Both the position numbers and the translations under genes were made by a program. A stretch of DNA of 64,000 nucleotides from Octopus vulgaris (taxonomy: Eukaryota): contig OX597839.1 in assembly GCA_951406725.2 (NCBI GenBank), forward strand, positions 13,330,001 through 13,394,000. Direction: 5' to 3'. Below the pieces are notes generated by a model. The model was not told where the DNA came from. It ran no database searches and saw only the letters and a program-made list of their open reading frames with translations. This document shows, piece by piece, positions 40,887-54,530 of this stretch (the stretch's first letter is position 1; each line of letters begins with the position of its first letter).

Positions 40887-41299
40887 GAGGCGTAATGGCC
40901 CAGTGGTTAGGGCAGCAGACTCGCGGTTGTAGGATCGTGGTTTCGATTCCCAGACCGGGCAGGGGTGGTGGCGATCCCTGCTGTACTCTTTCGTCACAAC
41001 TTTCTCTCATTCTTTCTTCTGTTGGCCAGCTTGCTTAGCCAGTGGGGTGGTGTCATTTGAAGGCTAAAACAATGCGAAGCGCATTGTGACCAGCGATGTG
41101 TAGCAACATCTGATAGCCTGGCCCTTCATGGTGGTGATATATATATATATATATATATATGAAGCATATTCTTTTGTGTCTGGGGAGAGTCATTTTCTTT
41201 TTGTGCCTTATAATTTAACACACTCACCGGTAAAATTTCCACTTATTTCTTATTTTTATTTTCCTAAAATTTTCGTTGCGTCTTGCAACCTTTTCAATA

Positions 41300-41497
41300 G
41301 TCTGCTGAGGAATTTATAGCGCACACCTTGATACATGCATTTAACTTGGATTCTAGGACTGCTCAAACTCTCCTCTAACGTTCCTTCCTGATCTTCTCTT
41401 TCATGCTTGCATGCTGAATCCCAGAGCCCTCATTTATTCCAAGGTATTTGTAAGTTTCTTCCTGCCTGAGTTCTTTTATGACTGTGTCAACATCCAT
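41300..41497 (-). mobile_element. R4/Dong-like RT fragment (further degraded + strand remnants ~42290-43000)
   Basis: IKELRQEETYKYLGINEGSGIQHASMKEKIRKE. Confidence 0.65.
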
Positions 41498-41929
41498 GGT
41501 TGCCTCCCAACCATATAGTTCTGGGTTCATTCCCACTGCATAGCACCGTAAGCAAGTGTCTTCCACTATAGTCCCAAGCTGGTCAAAGCCTTGTGAGTTG
41601 ATTTGGTAAATGGAAACTGAAAGAAGCCCATCATATATATGTGATGTGTGTGTGTGTCTTTGCATTTGTCCCCAACCACCACTTGACAACCAGTGTTGGT
41701 TTGTTTATATCCTTGTAAGTTTGGCGGTTCAGCAAATCAAAGCAAAATAAGTTCCCAACTTAAAAAATAAATACTGGGGTTGTTCTGTTCAACAAAACCC
41801 TTCAAGGTGGTGCTCCAGCATGGTCACATTCCAATGACTAAGGCAATTAAAATATGAAAGTGTATAGATAAACTGTCAGCATCATGCTGAAGCTCTGAGT
41901 AGAATTAACCTGTTTGAATTTATCTAGAA

Positions 41930-42277
41930 CTAGCGTTGCCGGGTCATAGTGCTAATGCATGCATATACAGCTGCGTGCGTGCACACATACACGTGAGTAC
42001 TGTCCAAACCTCCGACCAATCACATACAGCTAACTGGCATTCAATTGGTATATCAAATTTCGGGCATTTTGATTGGGTTGGGGATAGAAAATTCACCAAA
42101 AATCACTTCTATTGATTTTTTAATGTTTTTGCAGGGTGACTGGGGAAATGTAAAGATGTGCACACCCACCCTTGGACGGTTTTAAATGACCATAGAAAGT
42201 GCGAGCCCTCTAACTGAAAAATTGTGGATTTGTATAAAGGACACACACACAGACATTTTGCCGTTTATATATATAGA
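41930..42277 (-). mobile_element. Non-autonomous Helitron, same family as 62960-63327
   Basis: 5' TCTATATATA, 3' CTAG; one arm of the 3' hairpin is deleted. Confidence 0.75.
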
Positions 42278-43051
42278 AATGAGAACAGCAATGCAGAAAT
42301 AAAGTTGTCCAAGTAGATAAAGTAGACAATATGTAATATAATAATTCTGAGAGGGATAAAAAATAATTTATAAATTGAATTAGTATTGATGGCTGAACTG
42401 GTAGCTAAGAACAAAATAATGGCTACAACACACAGGTTGTGCTAGTTATTAAATATTGATTCTGTTACAGTAAATCGAGAACTAGATGACTTACAAAAAC
42501 ACAGAGAAATAACAAAGATAATTGGACAGGATGTACAATAATTGAGGGACTCGGAAGAGTAGATGGTGAGACAAATAAAAGATTGATACAGTAGTTTATA
42601 GAAGGATATGTTGTTTTTTTATAGGAAATATCTCAAAGAAAGGAAGGGAATTTATTCTAAAAATTGATTGGGGAATATGACAAGCAGAAAAATCTAGTTT
42701 CTAAAGAAACAGAAGTAATTAAATACAAAAGAAAAATCTGAACTATAAGGAGACTGTTGAAATGCTGTATTAGCAAGAATGGTAATAAAATCCAAGAGTG
42801 TTTTATAGATGTCAGTAAGTTTGGTTTTTGTGAGGAAGAATGGACAAATATAACAGCAATAAATACAGGAAAGGTGTTATAAAACACTTTAGTCATATGA
42901 AAATACTAAAAAGGCAATATATTTTGTTGTCAGTAGCAACAAAGACCAATATAGTGTAACAGCTTTGATTTATCTCTATTGCTGCCAACCTGAGACTGTC
43001 TTTGGTTCTATGATATGAATCTCCTGTATTAAAGTACTCTTAATTTTTAAA

Positions 43052-43353
43052 TTTCGTTTTCGGATTTGGTTTGCAAGATTCTTTATGTAAGTTCATGTGT
43101 TGAAGCATATTCTGTTGTGTCTGGGGAGAGTCATTTTCTTTTTGTGTTTTATTATTTAACACACTCACCGGTAAAATTTCCACTTATTTCTTATTTTTAT
43201 TTTCCTAAAATTTTCGTTGTGTCTTGCAACAGTCTGCAAGACGTAATGAAAATTTTAGGAAAATAAAAAAAGAAATAAGTGGAAATTTTACTGGTGAGTG
43301 TGTTACATTATAAGGCACAAAAAGAAAAGGACTCTCCCCAGACACAACAGAAC
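43052..43353 (-). mobile_element. Fold-back retroelement with TSD (Penelope-like architecture)
   Basis: Asymmetric inverted repeat centred ~43230; 11-bp TSD taatttttaaa (43041-43051, 43354-43364); family members at 41161-41300 and 63518-63647. Confidence 0.72.
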
Positions 43354-43655
43354 TAATTTTTAAAACTTTCCTTCAAAATTCCATGTTAATTTATGCTCTA
43401 GGCACAAGGCCTGAAATTTTGAGGGAGAGGGCTAGTCAATTACATTGACCATTAAAAAAGAGAGATAGAAGTAAAAAGTGCTATGAATGCTGGGAAAATA
43501 CAGACTACATTTTGTGACATGCACTTGACCCAGTGTTACTCAAATCACAACAGACATATATAAACATGACAAAATAGATAGTCCTTATATACACTTGTTA
43601 TTGGGTGTTCTTTATAGAACTAAGTCTTAACTATACAGGCAGTTATATGGTTAGT

Positions 43656-44267
43656 AAGGTGGCAAGCTGGCAGAAACATTAGCACGCCGGGCGAAGTACT
43701 TAGCAGTATTTCGTCTGCTGTTACGTTCTGAGTTCAAATTCTGCCAAGGTCGACTTTAACTTTCATCCTTTCGTGGTCGATAAATTAAGTTCCAGTTACA
43801 CACTGGGGTCGATATAATCAACTTAATCCATTTGTCTGTCCTTGTTTGTCCTCTCTGTGTTTAGCTCCTTGTGGGTAGTAAACAAATAGGTATTTCATCT
43901 GCTGTTACGTTCTGAGTTCAAATTCCGCTGAGGTCAACTTTGTCTTTCATCCTTTCTGGGTCGATTAAATAAGTACCAGTTACGCACTGGGGTCGATGTC
44001 ATCAACTTCATCCCTTTGTCTGTCCTTGTTTGTCCCCTCTATCTTTAGCCCCTTGTGGGCAATAAAGAAATAAGAAATGTCAGAATGCCGGGCGAAATGC
44101 TTAGTGGTATTTCATCTGTTTTTACATTCTAGGTTCAAATTCCGCCGAGGTTGACTTTGCCTTTTGTCCTTTTGGGATTGATGAATTAATTACCAGTTGC
44201 ATACTGGGGGCGATCTAATCGACTGGCCCCCTCCCCCAAATTTCAGGCCATGTACCTAGAGTAGAAA
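43656..44267 (+). mobile_element. Trimeric family C SINE
   Basis: Three tandem units; 15-bp TSD agttatatggttagt (43641-43655, 44268-44282). Confidence 0.82.
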
Positions 44268-44839
44268 AGTTATATGGTTAGTCCACATTAATCTGTGAGG
44301 AGAATAGGGCCAGTTTCTCCCTGGACATGACACTGGTCCATCACAGGATTACTCATTTTATACCAGCTGAGTGGACTGGAGCAATGTGAAATGAAGGGTT
44401 TTGTTCCAGGGATCAAAACTACAATCTTACAATCATGAGTCCAACACCCTAACCACTAAGCTATGCATTTCCCCCATATCTATATTATACACAACAATAT
44501 TGTAGGATATATTTATATTATGGTTAGTCCACATTGATCCATAAGAATCATCGAGCTGGTTTCCTGGTTTCCCTGATGTGGATACACTTCCCTGGATGGG
44601 ACACCAGTCCATCACAGGATTATCCATTTTTACCAGCTGAGTGGACTGGAGTAACGTGAAATGAAGTGTTTTGCTCAAGAACACAACACATCACCTAGTC
44701 CAGGAATCGAAACCACAATCTTATGATCATGAGTCCAACACCCTAACCATTAAGCCATGCACCTCCACTCAAGTAGTTATATATACACAGAGTATTGTTT
44801 ATACTCTGTGTATAACTCCGTGTATATATACTCTGTGTA

Positions 44840-45249
44840 TAGGCGTAGGAGTGGCTGTGTGGTAAGTAGCTTGCTTACGAACCACATGGTTCCGGGTTCT
44901 GTGTGGCATCTTGGGCAAGTGTTTTCTACTATAGCCTTGGGCCGACCAAAGCCTTGTGAGTGGATTTGGTAGACGGAAACTGAAAAAAAGCCCGTCATAT
45001 ATATGTATATATATCTGTATGTATGTGTGTATATGTTTGTGTGTCTGTGTTTGTCCCCCCCTCCCCAATATCGCTTGACAACCGATGCTGGTGTGTTTTC
45101 GTCCCCGTAACTTAGCGGTTCGGCAAAAGAGACCGATAGAATAAGTACTAGGCTTATAAACAATAAGTCCCGGGGTCGATTTGCTCAACTAAAGGTGGTG
45201 CTTCAGCATGGCCAGTCAAATGATTGAAACAAGTAGAAGAGTAAAGAGT
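44840..45249 (+). mobile_element. SINE family A, full-length copy
   Basis: Begins aggcgtaggagtggctgtgtgg; standard body and tail. Confidence 0.85.
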
Positions 45250-45269
45250 ATATTATATATGACAAAAAA

Positions 45270-45690
45270 ACGTAGTTATATACACACTGCTTATTGTTTT
45301 TCATGTTCAGACATAATCACTATAAACAAGTTATATAGGGTGTATATATAACTACCTGCTTAACAGTTGTGTGTATATATAACTGTCTGTTTAGCACCAC
45401 TGGGTATTGTCTAGACATGACTACATAGGTAGTTATATACACTCTGATCGTAATTTACAGAGGTCATGCTCAATAAAACAGGTCATTATGTACACACTGT
45501 TTATTGATTATAGAGGTCAAGCATGACTAAACATATGATCATATACACACTGGTTACTGTTTATGGTGATGAAGCTATGTTTATATGACTAAACAAGTAG
45601 TTATATATACATTATTTTTTTTAAGTGACTAAACAGGTAGTTATATATACATGCTAATTATTGTTTACAGAGGTCAAGCATGACTAAATA
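45270..45690. repeat. Degenerate ~55-bp minisatellite (resumes ~46720-46900)
   Basis: Recurring gtagttatatacacactg...ttattgttta...gtcaagcatgactaaa. Confidence 0.65.
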
Positions 45691-46114
45691 GATGTGGTAA
45701 GAAGCTTGTTTCCCACCCCACCTGGTTCCAGGTTCAGTCCCGCTGTGTGGCACCTTCTGTTATAGCATCAGGCCAAACAAAGCCTTGTGAGTGGATTTGG
45801 TAAATGGAAACTGAAAGAAGCCCATCATATATATATGTGTGTGTGTGTTTTTGTGTTTGTTTTTGTCCCCACTCACTGCTTGACGACCAGTGTTGGTGTA
45901 ATTATGTCTTTGTAACTTAGCAGTTTGGCAAAGCAGACTGATAGAATAAGTGCCAGGCTTAACAAAATTAAGTAATGGGGTTGATTCACTTGACTTAAAT
46001 TCTTCAAGGTGGTTTCTCAGCATGGCTGCAGTCAAATGACTGAAACACATAAACTATAAAAGATATATATATATATGTATATATATATATATGTATTTAT
46101 ATGTTAATCTTGGC

Positions 46115-46189
46115 TTTCCTACTGATGAGAGCTTCACCAAGTAAATTATTTTATTTGCTGAAGATAGCTTGAAACCATGGTAAAGGAAA
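46115..46189 (+). ncRNA. Type-I hammerhead ribozyme (Penelope/retrozyme-type minimal stem III)
   Basis: TTTCCT-A-CTGATGA-GAGCT...AGCTT-GAAAC-CATG-GTA-A-AGGAAA: full core, extended stem II, palindromic ACCATGGT stem III, 6-bp stem I. Confidence 0.7.
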
Positions 46190-46401
46190 TAGAGGGTAAA
46201 TGTTTTTATTTTTCATTCCCTTTCAAAATTACCCACAATAGTCGTTGGGAATTTAACTATTCCTTCTAGTGGGTCAGATGTCCTGTTATGTGTTTAAATG
46301 TACACTGTATTTATATATATATATAATGATTATTATATCCAAACTTACAGGGAAAAAAAAATTCAATTTAGAAATACTAAATCAAATTTCATACAATATA
46401 A

Positions 46402-46678
46402 TATATATAAAAATTAGAAAAAAAACACCTTTTGTCAATTCAAAATGAACTATTAAATTACACCATCTAGAAAATTACATATAATAGAAATATTAAAATT
46501 TAAATAACAATAAAATATCAATGATTAAGTAAATTGCAAAAAAAATAATAAAAACGTATATAATTGGTATATAATTTTATTGTTATTTTAATTTTGATAT
46601 TTCTATTATATGTAATTTTCTAGATGGTGTAATTTAATTGTTCATTTTGAATTGATAAAAGGTGTTTTTTTTCTAATT

Positions 46679-46688
<10 letters not shown>
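46402..46688. repeat. Long AT-rich inverted repeat between TA tracts
   Basis: aattagaaaaaaaacacctttt...aacaataaaat / attttattgtt...aaaaggtgttttttttctaatt. Confidence 0.8.
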
Positions 46689-46710
<22 letters not shown>

Positions 46711-49700
46711 AATACACACATTCACTGGTTGAGGTAGTTATATACACACGGGATATTGTTTATAGTAGTCAAACATGACTAAGTAGATATATATATATAT
46801 ATACACAGACACACACTGGTAATTGTTTTTGGAAGTCAGATATGAACTAAATAGGTTATTATATACACACTGGATATTATTTCTGAAAGTCAGGCACACA
46901 TATAACTAATTAGTGACACAGTGGGGGCATTGATTATGGAGCTTCGATAATAAAATCTCCAATTTAAATGTCATAACTACACATCATACCCTGGGTTTCA
47001 AAGTTCTCATAAGTTTCTAGGATACTCAAGGACAGTGTTTTTCCTAGTGGGTAGGGAATGTGAGAGTTGGAAAGAGTGGGAGAGGAGCAGGCAAATCACC
47101 TTGTTCAATAAAATTTTTTTACAAGGCCAATAATTTTGAGGGGAGGGGGAAGTTGATTACAGTGACCCCCCCCCCCCTCGTGCTCAACTGTTATTTATTT
47201 TATCAACCCCGATGAAAGGCAAAGTTGACCTCAGCAGTATTTGAACTCAGAAATTAATGAGTTGGAAGAAATGCTGCTAAGCATGTTGTTTGATGTGTTA
47301 ACAATTCTGCCAGCTCACCATCTTTTGTTTACAAATATTGGCCTAAAGCCAGTAATTTGCAAGGAAGGGACAAGTTGATGACATCAACCACTGTGCTCGA
47401 CCAGTACTTTATTGTATCAACCCTGAAAGGATGCCAACTTGAGCTGCATTTGGAATCTGTATGTAATGAGTCAGAAACTATACAGCTAATGACTTTATCA
47501 TCATCATCATCATTGTTTAACATCCGCTTTCCATGCTAGCATGGGTTGGACGTGTGACTGAGGGCTGGCGAACCAGATGGCTGCACCAGGCTTCAATCTT
47601 GATCTGGCAGAGTTTCTACAGCTGGATGCCCTTCCTAACGCCAACCACTCCGAGAGTGTAGTGGGTGCTTTTACGTGCCACCGGGCACGGGGCCAGTCAG
47701 GCGGCACAGGCAACGACTTCACTTGAATCCTTTACACATGCCACTGGTGCGGATGCCAGTAAGGCGATGCTGGTAACGATCATGCTTGAATGGTGTTTTT
47801 TACATGCCACCGGCATGGAGGCCAGATAGCCGCTCTGGCAACGATCATGCTTGGATAGTGCTCTTAATACCCTACTAGCACAGGGCTCGAGTGCCAGTAG
47901 TGCGACGCTGGTAACAATCACGCTCGAATGGTGCCACTGGCACGGAAGCTGGTGAGCCGCTCTGTCAATGATCACACTTGTATGGTGCTCATGTTTAATA
48001 AAATTAAAATGCTTCAAACATTTTAAATGCTCAACACCATGGTGAAGAAAAATAGTTATATGGATACAAACTCTTGGTGTTCTCTGTAACTCTTTGCCTG
48101 TCCTGTGTATCGGATATAATATCAGGACATATTTCCCTGGGGTCCATGTATCATAAATGATAAACCCTCCCAATTTCTTTTCAGTCACCAGAGTAATTTG
48201 GGACTTATGAAAGGAAAAACTTGATATTACTCAGAATGTATGAAACAAAGACTAATATATGTGTGTGTGTGTGAAGGCACATGGCTTAGTGGTTAGGGCA
48301 TTCGGCTCATGATGGAAAGAAAGCTTTTACATTACCCAGAAGATATGAAACAAAGTACTAACTAAAAGTCTGAAAACAAGTATGGACATTTAGGATAAAC
48401 TTATGAAAATACCTTGGAAAAGAAAAGGATTAAATAGCTGTTAAATAAGATGAGCTGAAATGTTTAATTAAAACCATAATTTTCAATGAAATGTTTAACT
48501 GTTTGCCTGTCCTGTTTATCACATGTAGTACACAGGACATATTTCCAAGGATACAGGCATCATATATGATAAACATTTCCAAATTCTTTTCAGCCATGAG
48601 AATAACTTGGGACTGAAAGTTTTTTGGGAAAGCTTATTGGGAAAGGAAGGCTTTATATTATTTTATATTACTCAGGACGAATGAATCAAGGGTTAATTAA
48701 AAGTCTGAAAAAAACATGGATATTTAGGACAAACTTATGAACATGCTTTGGATAAGCAAAAAGGTTAAAAACGTCATTAATATTTTAGCAGGTTTTGGGA
48801 CCTCATATTTGTCATTTTGAGAACTCCTGCTATAAGATATTCTCGATGTCAGAATGCTCCAGAAAACATCTGTGAATGCAAACAGAGAAATTAGGAATAA
48901 ACTTTCAGACACATCACCGAAGACTAAAAAATGAAAAATCAGCAGAAGAAAACCTCGTTCTAGTGACTTATTAATGGTTGTGGATTTATGGGAATAAGAA
49001 CTATCCAGAGAGATGGCCATAAAATATAGGGGGTAGAGGTTAGACCATTGAAGGAAATGGTCACCTTAATAAAAGAAGTTGTAAAAAGATATTCGGTGTT
49101 GTAAGTTTATCAACATGAAATGCAGGAGCATTATTAGTTCCAACATAGACGTTCTGTTGACAGCATAAGTACCTGTTTTATGAGTAGATCAAAGCCATTT
49201 GCACATAATAACATTGCATATACCTGTGACAGTTGAGGTGGGTCTGATGTGGGAAGAGAGAGAGAGAGAACTACATATATCCTGAGACATAGGGTGGAGT
49301 TGATCTGTAGAGAGAGGGAGAAGATGTGTGTGTGTGTATGTATGTGTGTGTGTGAGAGAGAGAGAAGAGATGTGTATGTATATTTGTGAATGTATGTGGG
49401 TGTATGTGTGCATGAGAGAGAGAGAGGGTGTTTGTGTGTAAGAGAAAGAGAGAGGATGTGTATGTATATATGTATATGTGAGAGAGAAACTATATATACC
49501 CTGAATACAAGGTGGGGTTGGTGTTAGGAGATAGAGAGGAAGGGAGGGAGATAGAGAATTATATATACCCTGAGATGCAAGAGCATTGCTGATACAGGGA
49601 GAGAGAAACATCCCTGAGACACGAGACAGGGTTGGTACAGAGAGAGAAAGAAAACTACATGTTTCCCTAATACACATAAGTCACCCATGCATAGAAATCT

Positions 49701-51609
49701 CCCCTTCTCTTCTCCACCGATGTTATCCAAGAGAAAGAAAAAGGCCGATACAGCTGCTCACCATTGACATCACAACTCATTTCTACAGCTGAGTGAACTG
49801 GAGCAACGTGAAATAAAGTGTCTTGCTCAAGAACACAACATGCAGCCCAGTCCGGGATTTGAACTCACTAACTAATGCCCTAACCAGTGAACCATGTGCC
49901 TGCACTATATTTTAGGTACACGGCCAGTAATTTGGAGAAGAGTGTCATAGTTAATACCTATTTCTTTACTACCCACTAGGGGCTAAACACAGAGAAGACA
50001 AACAAGGACAGACAAACGGATTAAGTCGATTATATCGACCCCAGTGCATAACTGGTACTTATTTAATTGACCCCGAAAGGATGAAAGGCAAAGTCGACCT
50101 CCGCGGAATTTGAACTCAGAATGTAGTGGCAGACGAAATACCGCGAAGCATTTCCTACACCTTCATACATAACAGATGCTTAATTTTATCGACTCCTCCC
50201 CCTAACCCCTGAAACAAGAGTAAAGACAAAGCTGACCTTGGTAGGATTTGAACTCAGAATGTAGCAAGCTGCAAGAAATGCTGTAAAGCCTTTTTTTTTT
50301 CAATGCTCTGACAATTTAACCAGCTTTTTTTTTTTTTAACTTCAATTTTCACTCATTGAAATGCAGTCATGCTGGAGCATAATCTTGAATGGTTTAGTCC
50401 AAAAAATCAACCCCAGGACTTAATTTTTAAGTCTGGTACTTATTCTATTGGTCACTTTTGCTGAACCACCAAGTTAAGGGGATGTAAACAAACCAACACT
50501 GGTTGTCAAGAAGTGGGAGAGACAAACGTAAAGATACACACATATATACAAGGTGGTATCAAAAAATTCCCAGACTAGTTATGCTTAATAGAAAATAACT
50601 TATTTACTCTTTTACTTGTTTCAGTCATTTGACTGCAGCCATGCTGGAGCACCGCCTTTAGTCGGGCAAATCGACCCCGGGACTTATTCTTTGTAAGCCC
50701 AGTACTTATTCTATCAGTCTCTTTTGCCGAATTGCTAAGTGACGGGGACATAAACACACCAGCATCGGTTGTCAAGCGATGCTAGGGGGACAAACATAGA
50801 CACACAAACATATACACACACATACATGCATATATATATATACATATATACGACATACTTCTTTCAGTTTCCGTCTACCAAATCCACTCACAAGGCATTG
50901 GTCGGCCCGGGGCTATAGCAGAAGACACTTGCCCAAGATGCCACACAGTGGGACTGAACCCGGAACCATGTGGTTGGTAAGCAAGCTACTTACCACACAG
51001 CCACTCCTGCGCCTAGATATTTGGTTAAGTTTTAACATCATCTCTTTCAAAATAGCCACATCATCGAAGACTAAAAAATGAAAAATCAGCAGAAAAAAAT
51101 CTAGTTCTAGTGACTCAGCTGGCAAAAATGAATACACTCCAGTACATAACTGGTACTTAATTTATTGACCCCCGAAAGGATGAAAGGCAATGTCGACCTT
51201 AGTGGAATTTGAACTCAGAACATAAAGACAGACAAAATACCACTAAGCATTTTGCCTGACGTGCTAACGATTCTACCAGCTTGCCACCAATTCAACATAC
51301 AGCAGGTAGAATATTTGGGCCGGGCATGGCCAGTTTAAATGCTAAGTGGAGACATGTGGCTTAGTGGTTAGGGTTTTGGACTCATGATTGTAAGATTGTG
51401 GTTTCAATTCCTGGACTGGGCGATGTGCCGTGTTCTTGAGCAAAACACTTCTTTCCACATTGCTCCAGTTCACTCAGCTGGCAAAAATGAGTAAACCTGA
51501 GATAGACCAGCATCCTGTCCAGGCACAGAATATATATGCCATGGAGAGTCGACGTGACTCAAGAAAGTAACTTTACCCAGTTTAAATGCTAAAGGACTAA
51601 ACATCTCAA

Positions 51610-51960
51610 CAGTGATTCCTAATGGAACAAAAGCTTTCTCTGCCTTTCTAACCTTAATTGCCTTATTTATCATACTGCTGTCAACTGAAATATATGGTCC
51701 CTCTCTCTCTCCTATGCATCCTTCCCATTTAATAATAGCCTTTCATAGTAGCACTTCCATGCCTCTTTCTTTCCAGCATCAGTTAAGTGCAAGTGTGCCA
51801 TAATCCATTTGTCACACTTCTCACCTTAGAACATTGTGATTCTCTCTGCTTAAACTGTGTTGCCATCCAGAACACTTTTACATCTCTGAACCTCATACCA
51901 GAGAACATTGGCAAACCTCTTACTTTCTGCTTCTTCCTCCGCTTAAGTGCACCTGTTGCT
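51610..51960 (-). mobile_element. Degraded RTE-like LINE fragment
   Basis: KKEAWKCYYERLLN...INKAIK motif of the EN-RT linker. Confidence 0.45.
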
Positions 51961-52131
51961 TCGCTTTCTCTCTCCCTGTACACACACACACATACAAGGA
52001 GAAGTAGGTGAACAAATGTAAGAAAGCAACCCTTAAGACATTTAGTAAAAGTTGTATATAATAGCAGTTTGATTCAGTTTCACGTTTCTTATATATATAT
52101 AAGAAATGCAGAACTGAATCAAATTGTTATT

Positions 52132-52173
<42 letters not shown>

Positions 52174-52235
52174 TAGATAGATAGATAGATAGATAGATGG
52201 TAGAATTAGAAAAAGAAAGTTCTTGGTACAGTATC

Positions 52236-52499
52236 ATATATATTTGAAAGAATGAGAAGAGATGGCTTTTTGGGGGGATAATTCTTATGCTAATAATAAT
52301 GTTTACAGTGAGTGATTCTGGTACATGTATACTTGTGCATACTTGTAAGAAAAATTTTTTTTGCTATTTAAGCTAAAAAACACATTTTTGGATTTGAAAA
52401 CAGCTATTTGAAACTCGAAACTTCTATCAGAGTTACTCACTGTAAACATTATTATTAAAATAAAAATTATCCCAAAAAGCCATCTCTGCTCATTTTTTT

Positions 52500-52510
<11 letters not shown>
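52236..52510. repeat. Inverted repeat element (~85-bp arms) in TA context; smaller palindrome at 52058-52131
   Basis: tatttgaaa...agagatggctttttgg...gtttacagtgagt / actcactgtaaac...ccaaaaagccatctct...tttcaaata. Confidence 0.72.
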
Positions 52511-52595
<85 letters not shown>

Positions 52596-53415
52596 ACACA
52601 CACACACACACATATGTATATATATATATAGGGAAAGTTTACGAAAAAAACAAAAGACGAAGACAGGTGGTGTACAAAACAAACAGATGTATTAGTATAT
52701 ATATATATATGTATACACACACAAATATATTATATATATATATATGCTCATTTTTTCAAATATATCTATTTATATATATATACACACACACAAATATATA
52801 TTATACACACACACACACACAAGCAAGCATCCTGTTGCTTTGTATATGCAAGTATATATAAGTATCTATGTATGCATGCATGCATGTATGTATGTGTATG
52901 TCTATATATATATGTGTGTATGTGCACAGGTGTAAGTTAATGCATAGTTGCAGATTTGGATGCAGTAGCGGTAGTGTTATTGACGGTAATGATAGTGATG
53001 GCGCTGGTAGTGGATTCGATGTAGTTGATATTGCTATTGTTCAGCCTCAAGCCAACCTTGATAGAGCAGACATATGATGAAAAGCATTCCAGCCATGCCC
53101 ATCCTATCGTCATTTTTTGTATCACATGCGATGTATGACTGCATTGTCTAACGTGTCCTTTCTTCGTTTAAGTCAGCTGGGTGTCACTTGAAGAAGAAGA
53201 AGAAGAATTGACTGCTATTTCTAGCAGGTGGTGGTGCAACAACATAAAAGCTCCTTTGATGATGGTGATGATGGTGGCGGCAGCGGCAGGTAGTTGGGCG
53301 TGATGGTAGTGATGAAAGGTAAAAGTGTATGTTGACAACTTGTAAAATGACTCATCATATCAGATTCAGTGTGACTGACTCACCAGCTGAAAGGATACAC
53401 ACACAATTGTATGTG

Positions 53416-53448
<33 letters not shown>

Positions 53449-53479
53449 ATGCATGTATATATATGTATATATGTATATA

Positions 53480-53515
<36 letters not shown>

Positions 53516-54530
53516 CTACACACCTTTATGTATGGAAATACAGGCACACATGTACAGTTATATATATATATATATAATATATATATCTAATATAGGATAA
53601 AATTTTCGAAAAAATTTTCTCAGTGGCCAGCATATTAAAAAAATACCTTTAAAAGTTAAATTTATAAACAACTTATAAACAAGGGCAAAAGAAAAAAAAT
53701 TCAATGCCAAATATACCAAAATAGACTTAATCATCAATAACCGTATAATTTATCACTATAAGCATGCGTCTCGAAAGTGATTAATTATATGGTATATAAT
53801 ATATATATATATATATACACATACATACACCTGTACAGGTAACTGCATTGATGCACTCACACACACATATATGCATATATAAATAACCTACACACACACA
53901 CATATACATATACACTCATATATGCACAAATACACATACATGCACTCATATACAGACACGCTCACTCATATGCACATGTACACATGCACACACATATGCT
54001 TTTATATGCACGCACATCTAAACACTCACCTATGTACACACAGCATACAAACACACACACAAATACAATCAGATATACATTCACACACACACACATTCAG
54101 ATATGCACACACTAATATATATATATATATATATTTACACACTCACATATGCATACACAACTTACACAAATATACATACAACCTACAAACGCACACACAT
54201 ACAACCTACACACATATACACGGATGCATAAAAATGCTTTCAGATATGCACACAAACTACATATAGACATTTATATAAACAGAAACGCATACATCCACAC
54301 ACATGTTCAAACTTGCACTCGCAGATGTGCCTATGTACGTGCACATGTGCACTTGCGCGCACCCATTGTGTAAATAATTAAGTAAAGTTTTCTTAATGTT
54401 AAAGAAGTCAAATCGAAATTCTAAAAGTCATCTATAATGATTTCAACTTTTGGTATAATACCCGTAATTTATGGAGGGAGTTGGTCATTTACATCAACCC
54501 CACTGTTTAACTGGTACTTATTTTATCAAC

